A stretch of DNA of 64,000 nt from an uncultured Candidatus Saccharibacteria bacterium (GTDB lineage Bacteria > Patescibacteriota > Minisyncoccia > Phycocordibacterales > PALSA-1337): contig CAYHLX010000002.1 in assembly GCA_964357605.1 (NCBI GenBank), positions 569-64,568 on the forward strand, read 5' to 3'. Numbering within the stretch: position 1 is the stretch's first letter; every line of letters starts with the position of its first letter. Under the pieces are notes generated by a model. The model ran no database searches, was not told where the DNA came from, and saw only the letters and a list, made by a program, of their open reading frames with translations. A program made the translations under genes and the position numbers. Of this stretch, positions 58,034-64,000 are shown piece by piece.

Positions 58034-59161
58034 ATGATAAGCATATTGGAAGGTACTGCTGATTTTGCCTATATCCTAGGTTTTGCCCTTTTTGCCTGCC
58101 TTGTCGCCTTTCTATGGGCCCCATTTCTCATACATATCTTACGCAAATTCAACATCGTCAAAAGCCCTAAAATAGAGCTAATTTCTATAGAGTCAAGAAA
58201 AGGTAAAGATTCAACGCCAATCATGGGCGGACTCCTAGTGATCATCACGGTTGCGGTCGTAAGCATTCTTTTTAACTGGTCTAGAAGTTTCACTTGGGTG
58301 CCGATTGGTGTGATGCTTCTTTCTGCCCTTCTGGGAGGTATAGACGATCTTCTAAATATTTTTGGGGCGGAAAGAAGATCGAGAAAACTTTCTCACATCT
58401 TGAAACTGATCAAAGTCCATCATGATTTGAAAATGAGAATTTGGTATGTGATCACTCTACCTTGGACAATCTTTAAAAGAACTTCGGTCTGGATCGGTTC
58501 ACGTCCAGGCAAAGGCATTCACGTTCACGAAAAATTACTTCTACAATTCGTCGCAGGAACTATCACGGCTTGGTGGGTTTATAGTAAACTTGGACCAGCT
58601 TGGCACAATATTTATTTACCTTTTGGATATGAAATTGCGGCAGGCTGGTTTATTATCCCTGTTATTATCTTCATTGTGATGTTTACTGCCAACGCCGTAA
58701 ACATTGCCGATGGTATGGATGGCCTGGCTGGAGGCATGCTCATTCCCACTTTTAGTGCCCTAACTATTTTGAGTTGGATTAATGGCTTTGGAGAAATCGC
58801 TGTCCTCAACGCCACCACCGTAGGAGCTCTTGTTGCTTATACTTATTTCAATATCAAACCCGCCCGTTTCATGATGGGAGATGTGGGCTCTCTTGGATTA
58901 GGTGCTCTCTTGGCTGTTAGTAGTCTGGCAATTGGTGAGATTGGATCTCTTTTTTTCTTGGGCTTCTTATTTTATATTGAAGCTTTGAGTGTTGTTATCC
59001 AGGTCATTGGTAAATACACTCTCGGGAAAAGAATTTTCCGGATGGCTCCACTTCACCACCACTTTGAACTTCGTGGTTGGAGTGAAGAAAAAACCATTAT
59101 GCGTTTCTGGATTGTGCACTTTATTTTTGTAGTTTTTGGTCTATGGTTAGCGCTTCATTAA
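58034..59161 (+). CDS. mraY: Phospho-N-acetylmuramoyl-pentapeptide transferase
   Basis: KGKDSTPIMGG, NAVNIADGMDGLAGG, GDVGSLGLG and the MraY-specific APLHHHFELRGWSE are all present. Confidence 0.85.
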   Translation: MISILEGTADFAYILGFALFACLVAFLWAPFLIHILRKFNIVKSPKIELISIESRKGKDSTPIMGGLLVIITVAVVSILFNWSRSFTWVPIGVMLLSALLGGIDDLLNIFGAERRSRKLSHILKLIKVHHDLKMRIWYVITLPWTIFKRTSVWIGSRPGKGIHVHEKLLLQFVAGTITAWWVYSKLGPAWHNIYLPFGYEIAAGWFIIPVIIFIVMFTANAVNIADGMDGLAGGMLIPTFSALTILSWINGFGEIAVLNATTVGALVAYTYFNIKPARFMMGDVGSLGLGALLAVSSLAIGEIGSLFFLGFLFYIEALSVVIQVIGKYTLGKRIFRMAPLHHHFELRGWSEEKTIMRFWIVHFIFVVFGLWLALH

Positions 59162-59163
59162 AT

Positions 59164-59802
59164 ATGAAATACTTACACTGGAAAGAAGAGAAAATTAACG
59201 ATTTTTCGGATGATTTTATTACTAGTATGTACGAGAAGGGTTTTGTTTTTACCCGTCTTGACAAAGGAGTCATGCATCAAACCCGCAGTGTGAGGATTGA
59301 TTTAAAGAAGTTTGAATTAACTAGCGAGAATCGGAGAATCCTAAGAAAGGATGAGAATATTTCTATAGACCGCCTCCCTATTCCCTACCAAACTTATTCT
59401 TGGGAAATTGGTAAGCTGGCGAAAGATTTTTATGATATCAAAGCCCCTGATTCTTTTTCTGTAAATAAAATAAAAGAAATAATAACTACGCCACACAATT
59501 TCAACATCTTCTTGAAATTTTCCGATGTTGGGTATGCGATCTGCTACGAAAACAAATCCATGCTTCACTATTGTTATCCGTTTTATGATTTACAAAAAGC
59601 CTCAAAAGATATGGGACTGATCATGATGACGAAGGCAATTTTTGAGGCAAAATCTCGCGGACTTTCTTACGTCTATCTAGGATCGCTGCAGAGACCTGGT
59701 GATGTTTATAAACTCCAGTTTGAAGGGATAGAATGGTTTGATGGAAAGGAGTGGAGAAAAGATATAGAAAAAGTAGAGGTTTTATTGCGAGAACTGAATT
59801 AG
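59164..59802 (+). CDS. Arginyl-tRNA-protein transferase C-terminal-domain-like (Bpt/ATE-like, GNAT-fold aminoacyl-tRNA-dependent transferase) protein
   Basis: LTSENRRILRKDENI resembles the ATE/Bpt SxSQRRxLRK motif. The start is taken at the Met immediately after the mraY stop. Confidence 0.4.
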   Translation: MKYLHWKEEKINDFSDDFITSMYEKGFVFTRLDKGVMHQTRSVRIDLKKFELTSENRRILRKDENISIDRLPIPYQTYSWEIGKLAKDFYDIKAPDSFSVNKIKEIITTPHNFNIFLKFSDVGYAICYENKSMLHYCYPFYDLQKASKDMGLIMMTKAIFEAKSRGLSYVYLGSLQRPGDVYKLQFEGIEWFDGKEWRKDIEKVEVLLRELN

Positions 59803-60059
59803 GAATATAAATCGCTATGTGTTCCTATAGCATAAAAATAATAATCATTCTCTGATATTTTTTCGTAAATAGCTCTGACATCACTGGTAACATTAATACT
59901 TCTTGATCCGCCATATTCTCCATGCAATTTATGATTATTAAGTATGGGATCAAATTCATTATCTTGAAACAAAAGAATGCATGCATCAAGTTTATCTTGA
60001 ATTTTTTTGGGAAACCTTTTACAGCTCCTTTTAAAACTAGAAGAAAAAGCGAGATTCAT
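59799..60059 (-). CDS. Type II toxin, RelE/ParE (YafQ-like) family
   Basis: 86 aa. HKLHGEYGGSRSINVTSDVRAIYEKISENDYYFYAIGTHSDLY matches the RelE/YafQ core. Confidence 0.65.
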   Translation of the reverse strand: MNLAFSSSFKRSCKRFPKKIQDKLDACILLFQDNEFDPILNNHKLHGEYGGSRSINVTSDVRAIYEKISENDYYFYAIGTHSDLYS

Positions 60060-60072
60060 GATGATGTCTTTT

Positions 60073-60345
60073 CTATGATTTAAGATTCTTCAAGAACTCT
60101 TTTGCCCCTTTATAAAAAACCACTTTTCCTTCCTCAAGCTCTTTCTTAGACTCTTTCATGATCTTTATCAAATACGGCGAAGGATTATATGAAGCAGAAA
60201 AGCTAACTTCCCTATCTCTCACAAACTGTTTCAGAAAGGCATTGATAACGGTACTTAAAGGCACGCCAATCTCCTCGGCAACTATCTGGGCCGTTTTCTT
60301 TATGGTTTTATCTGTTTTAATAGTTAAAAGTGTTTTTGTATTCAT
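60073..60345 (-). CDS. Type II antitoxin, RelB/DinJ family
   Basis: KTLLTIKTDKTIKKTAQIVAEEIGVPLSTVINAFLKQFVRDREVSFS has a DinJ-like ribbon-helix-helix N-terminus. It lies immediately upstream of the toxin. Confidence 0.65.
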   Translation of the reverse strand: MNTKTLLTIKTDKTIKKTAQIVAEEIGVPLSTVINAFLKQFVRDREVSFSASYNPSPYLIKIMKESKKELEEGKVVFYKGAKEFLKNLKS

Positions 60346-60375
60346 ATATACCATATTATATACAATGGTATTTAC

Positions 60376-61785
60376 TTGTCAATCTCCCTTATTTTACCTT
60401 ATAATGAGCCGATGTCATCTCCATACCACCTCCACGTGATCGGCATTTGTGGCGTTGCTACTAGCGCCATTGCCATTGCCTTTAAAAACAAAGGTTGGAA
60501 AGTAACCGGTAGTGACAAGGGTTTCTACCCTCCTGTTTCAACAGAACTAGAGAAAAATGGAGTGGAGTTTTATGCTGGATGGCATCCAGAGAAAATTGGT
60601 AATCCAGATGTGGTGATTATAGGAAATGCTTCAGGATCACAAAATCCCGAGACACAGTATGTAAAGGAAAATAATATCAGGGTACTTTCGGACGCAGAGG
60701 CCCGAGGAGAATATTTTGCAAAGAAAAATTCCATAGTCTGCACCGGAACCTGGGGAAAGACTTCTTCGACTGCCCTACTTTCACATATCATGATGAGCAC
60801 AGGAATGGATCCTAGTTTTGTGATTGGGGGAATTTCCCTTTCAACACCAGGAGCAAGGCTTGGAGGGTCAGAATGGAGCGTGATCGAAGGAGATGAATAC
60901 AAGAGCTCGCCTTGGGATCCTCGGCCAAAGTTTGTCCATCTTCACACTACTCATCTTCTCCTTACTGCAGTCTCCTGGGACCACGCAGATATGTATCCGA
61001 CAGAGGAAAGTTACTTTGATGAATTCAAAAAGCTTGTGGTATCTATCCCTCCAACCGGAGTGATTGTCGCCAACAAGGATCATCTAGGAGTAAAGAAAGT
61101 AATTTCAAAGGCAATCTTTTATGGAAAAGAAAATGCCGACTATACATACCACGATGTTTTCCAGACTAAAGATGGACTTTCTTTTACCATAACAAACAAG
61201 GGCGTTGATTTTAAAATAGAATCGCCAATGATAGGAGAATTCCAAGCAGAAAATATTACTGGTTGTTTTGCTATGGCATGCACCATAGGACTTGAACCTA
61301 CAAAAATAGTTGAGGCTATAAAGACATTTAAAGGATTGAAAAGAAGGCTAGAGAAAAGATACGGGGGCCAAGTCGTGATCTTTGATGACATCGCCCATTC
61401 TCCGGAAAAAGCTTCTTCTGTTTTAAAAAATCTCCGGACAATTTATCCTGGAAAAATAATCGCCGTCTTTGAACCAAATATCGGAGGGCGCCAGAGAGAA
61501 TCATCTCACATGTATGACAATGCTTTTAAGGATGTGGATCTTGTGATTATCCCACGCCTCACAAAATTGAAGATTTCTGATCAAAAACCCATGGAGGGAG
61601 ATGAATTGGCAAAAAAAATAAGGCAAACACATCCAAATGTTGAATATATAGAAGATGACCAAAAATTGGTCGAATTTCTAAAATCACAAACAAGAACGGG
61701 CGACGTCATCGTCTTTCTAGGTTCTCATGGATTCCGGGGAATGATCGAGCAGACTATTACTTCCCTTCGTCAACAATCTCTGTAG
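60376..61785 (+). CDS. Mur ligase family: UDP-N-acetylmuramate:L-alanyl-gamma-D-glutamyl-meso-diaminopimelate ligase (Mpl)-like / MurC-like
   Basis: HVIGICGVATSAIAIAFKNKGWKVTGSDKGFYPPVSTELEKNGVEF...VCTGTWGKTSSTALLSHIM aligns closely with the Mpl/MurC N-terminus and P-loop. Confidence 0.8.
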   Translation: MSISLILPYNEPMSSPYHLHVIGICGVATSAIAIAFKNKGWKVTGSDKGFYPPVSTELEKNGVEFYAGWHPEKIGNPDVVIIGNASGSQNPETQYVKENNIRVLSDAEARGEYFAKKNSIVCTGTWGKTSSTALLSHIMMSTGMDPSFVIGGISLSTPGARLGGSEWSVIEGDEYKSSPWDPRPKFVHLHTTHLLLTAVSWDHADMYPTEESYFDEFKKLVVSIPPTGVIVANKDHLGVKKVISKAIFYGKENADYTYHDVFQTKDGLSFTITNKGVDFKIESPMIGEFQAENITGCFAMACTIGLEPTKIVEAIKTFKGLKRRLEKRYGGQVVIFDDIAHSPEKASSVLKNLRTIYPGKIIAVFEPNIGGRQRESSHMYDNAFKDVDLVIIPRLTKLKISDQKPMEGDELAKKIRQTHPNVEYIEDDQKLVEFLKSQTRTGDVIVFLGSHGFRGMIEQTITSLRQQSL

Positions 61786-61921
61786 AAACAGTATCATCTA
61801 CTATGGACTTAATGAGAAGAGTAATACCGCAATGATTACATTCTATGATCATTCCTTCTTTGATTGAGGGGTATTTGCTGAGATCCAACATATTTTTACA
61901 TTCTGGACATTGTGCTTTCAT
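61757..61921 (-). CDS. Small (54 aa) LysW-like zinc-ribbon protein
   Basis: My hand translation is MKAQCPECKNMLDLSKYPSIKEGMIIECNHCGITLLIKSIVDDTVSTEIVDEGK. The CPEC...C..CG spacing and the acidic tail resemble LysW/ArgW carrier proteins, but the C-terminal residue is Lys rather than Glu. It overlaps the mpl 3' end in convergent orientation. It is below the 60-aa cutoff of the supplied track. Confidence 0.35.
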   Translation of the reverse strand: MKAQCPECKNMLDLSKYPSIKEGMIIECNHCGITLLIKSIVDDTVSTEIVDEGK

Positions 61922-61962
61922 AGGTACTTCTAATAGTACCTGAAACGTTGTAGTATATCAAT

Positions 61963-62844
61963 ATGATCACCCGTCATGAAAACTACCCAGAATTAGCTAG
62001 TGCTTTGGGCGTTTCTTCTTTGTTTTTCAAAAGAGAAGATTTGCACATTTATGGTTCACATAAAGGGCGTTCAATCCCCATCATGATAGATACTTATATC
62101 GGCCAAGGGGTGAACCATTTTGCTATTTCCTCTTCAGGGAATTCTGCTCTCGCAGCTGGACTGCACATTCAGAAAATAAATCAGACTAGACCATCGACAA
62201 AAAAAATCACTTTAGAAATTTTAGTAGGAAAAAATATCAAACCACACAAATTACAAAAGATCGGGGAATTAAAAGATCAGTATATTCTAGTCTCCATACA
62301 CGAACGTCCCGTCCAGACTCTTTTCTTGAAAACTCAAGACGAAAAAATAAAAGGACTGAGACAATCTCTAGACGACGTCGCTCTTATAGGATACAACGCT
62401 TTAGCAGAAGAACTATTGAAAATAGATAATCTAAAGGCGGTCTTTATTGGTACATCGTCCGGTACCACATCCCAAGCCTTAGCCAGTTATTTTATCAACC
62501 ACCACAAACAGATAGAAGTCCACATAGTCCAGACCTCATCATGCCATACGATTGCTGATTCATTTATAGACAGTAATGGAGATGATGAAAAATCATTAGC
62601 AGATGCCATTGTCGACCATGTAGCACTTAGAAAAAAAGTCTTGGTACCTCTCCTAGAAAAAACCGGTGGTAGCGGTTGGATTGCTAGAAATGAACAGATT
62701 GAAATCGCTCAAGAATTAACACAAAAATATGCCAAGCTCAAAATTTCTCCCAATAGTGCTTTGTCAGTAGTTGGCGTTATGGAAGCCAGTTATACAGGTA
62801 AAACTTGGGATGGAAGTGTGGTATGTCTCATCGGTGGCGAATAA
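61963..62844 (+). CDS. PLP-dependent enzyme, fold type II (TrpB/threonine synthase/ACC-deaminase-like)
   Basis: LFFKREDLHIYGSHKGRS contains a candidate PLP-lysine region, and the Gly-rich GTSSGTTSQALA is a phosphate-binding loop. Confidence 0.55.
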   Translation: MITRHENYPELASALGVSSLFFKREDLHIYGSHKGRSIPIMIDTYIGQGVNHFAISSSGNSALAAGLHIQKINQTRPSTKKITLEILVGKNIKPHKLQKIGELKDQYILVSIHERPVQTLFLKTQDEKIKGLRQSLDDVALIGYNALAEELLKIDNLKAVFIGTSSGTTSQALASYFINHHKQIEVHIVQTSSCHTIADSFIDSNGDDEKSLADAIVDHVALRKKVLVPLLEKTGGSGWIARNEQIEIAQELTQKYAKLKISPNSALSVVGVMEASYTGKTWDGSVVCLIGGE

Positions 62845-62849
62845 AGTGT

Positions 62850-64000
62850 CTAGAGAGACCTCACGGCTTTGACAAAGCGTTCTGCCCTATCTTTTCTTGA
62901 AGCATCAACCCCGATCGCTTCACAACCAGGACTAAAGAGAACTCTATCGCCCTTCTTGGCATTTTCCTTCGCCAAGATCACGGCTTCTTCTAAGTCAGGT
63001 GCTCTCAGATAAGTTATGTCCATCAATCTCTCTAGCGATTCCCTAAAACCCAAACTTCCACTTCCTGGAAGGAGAATCGCCACTTTTGCGTATAAAGGTA
63101 TATCCCTCACGAGCTCACGATAATCATGACCGGTATAAGCTCCGCCGAAGATAAGGATAATATTCTTATTCAGAGAAAGATTCTTCAAAGCAAAGAGTGT
63201 AGAGGCCGGCGTTATAGAAGTCGCATCATTATAAAATTCTACTCCCCCAATCTTTTTTATGATTTCTTGCCTACCTTTAAGACCAGAAAAATTATCTATG
63301 GAATACTGAGCCACTTCACTAGTCACTTTAAATAGTTCGGTTGCTTGTAACGCTAGAGCCTTGTTGTGGGCATGAGTACGTAGCATTTTTGCCTTAGGAG
63401 TAAAATCTTTTTGTTTTTTTATCGCATCAACAACCCTATCTGGAGCGACGATAAAGTTATTGTAGGTTTGATGTTTGAGGATATCAAAGGCATCCTGCAT
63501 ATTACTAATCGCAGATAAAGTCAAAGAAGTAATAACTGCTACGTGGGGACTGATACGAGCACTAGTATACTCCTCCATCATATTTTCTGGTATACGGGAA
63601 AGAATAATGTCTCCGGTCTTTATTTTCTTTAAATGCGTTAACGTTCCATTTGTAGAATCAGGATCAATAAAATTAAACCCTTGATTTTCATATTCAGCAA
63701 AAGATTTTTTTAGCACCCCATAAATCATATGACAGACTGTACTTTTTCCACAAGCCCCCATTACACCAATGAGAGTGATCGGTGGAGCTAGTTTCAAAAA
63801 AAGCACGTCGGGAAATTCTACTGGAGTCCCTTTCGCCACCGCCTTTTTCAAAAAAACTGCTTTGCGAGAAATCTCAGGAGAGAGAATAATCAGATCTGCA
63901 TCAAGCAGATCGTGAGCAGAGACCTTACCTAGACTCATATTAACCAACCCTGCCTCTTTCAGGGAAGGTAGAAATTTAGCCAAACGTCTCTCGCTTCTCA
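62850..64000 (-). CDS. murD: UDP-N-acetylmuramoylalanine--D-glutamate ligase, 5' end beyond window end
   Basis: The P-loop LIGVMGACGKSTV, IFGGAYTGHDYREL, and the C-terminal LFSPGCEAIGVDASRKDRAERF all match MurD. The N-terminal Rossmann-like region reaches the window edge. Confidence 0.8.
   Translation of the reverse strand, partial: RSERRLAKFLPSLKEAGLVNMSLGKVSAHDLLDADLIILSPEISRKAVFLKKAVAKGTPVEFPDVLFLKLAPPITLIGVMGACGKSTVCHMIYGVLKKSFAEYENQGFNFIDPDSTNGTLTHLKKIKTGDIILSRIPENMMEEYTSARISPHVAVITSLTLSAISNMQDAFDILKHQTYNNFIVAPDRVVDAIKKQKDFTPKAKMLRTHAHNKALALQATELFKVTSEVAQYSIDNFSGLKGRQEIIKKIGGVEFYNDATSITPASTLFALKNLSLNKNIILIFGGAYTGHDYRELVRDIPLYAKVAILLPGSGSLGFRESLERLMDITYLRAPDLEEAVILAKENAKKGDRVLFSPGCEAIGVDASRKDRAERFVKAVRSL

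Noticed and set aside
61757-61921. The small zinc-ribbon ORF as a bona fide LysW/ArgW amino-group carrier protein.
   Set aside because: Canonical carriers end in a C-terminal Glu, whose gamma-carboxylate tethers the substrate. This ORF ends ...DEGK, and no LysX/ArgX-type ligase is adjacent. I kept it only as LysW-like.

Overview
This is an AT-rich bacterial chromosomal segment, densely coding, with almost every gene on the minus strand from 1 to about 54 kb and mixed orientation from 54 to 64 kb. Recognisable housekeeping genes are gatB, obg, secA, murB, rsmI, mraY, an Mpl/MurC-like ligase and a partial murD. From the gene content (small housekeeping genes, a giant repetitive surface protein, an unusually large glycan-biosynthesis island) I infer a small-genome, possibly CPR/Patescibacteria-like organism; that is inference only. 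The standard genetic code appears to be in use, because long conserved ORFs are intact.

Main contents, in order:
- 1..5771: a giant Gly/Thr/Ser-rich repetitive secreted protein that runs off the window start, with near-identical internal repeats at a 1233-bp period, plus two upstream operon partners (a signal/anchor protein and an HTH-plus-TM protein).
- About 6147..6487: a divergent AT-rich control region with a 20-bp perfect inverted repeat overlapping a sigma70-like promoter, in front of a small HTH gene.
- 10.1..12.6 kb: a low-GC island encoding a NUDIX hydrolase, a truncated inorganic-pyrophosphatase-like protein, a minimal H-G-S ART-like protein (PARP/diphtheria-toxin-like signature), a small unknown protein and an HNH endonuclease.
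- 21..50 kb: a roughly 30-kb glycan island. It contains nonulosonic-acid (pseudaminic/legionaminic-like) biosynthesis genes: a NeuB-like synthase, a CMP-sugar synthetase, a DegT aminotransferase, a PseB-like dehydratase carrying one in-frame TGA, an SDR, an ATP-grasp enzyme and four methyltransferases. It also carries a kinase/aminotransferase/IMPase/AKR sub-module, two paralogous ~620-aa transferase-like proteins, a GT9, an exostosin-like GT, and six consecutive GT4 genes with ATGA start/stop overlaps. One glycosyltransferase-like gene in the island is GC-rich and has its own terminator.
- 50.6..52.3 kb: a TraD/TraG/VirD4-like P-loop ATPase with no TM segment and a Pro-rich tail.
- 52.3..52.7 kb and 56.5..57.1 kb: two GC-rich islands of unclear nature; the first ends in a strong intrinsic terminator.
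- 59.8..60.4 kb: a RelE/DinJ-type toxin-antitoxin pair inserted in the mraY/mpl/murD cell-wall cluster.
- 61.76..61.92 kb: a small LysW-like zinc-ribbon ORF overlapping the mpl 3' end, divergent from a PLP fold-type II enzyme.

I found no rRNA, tRNA or CRISPR array.
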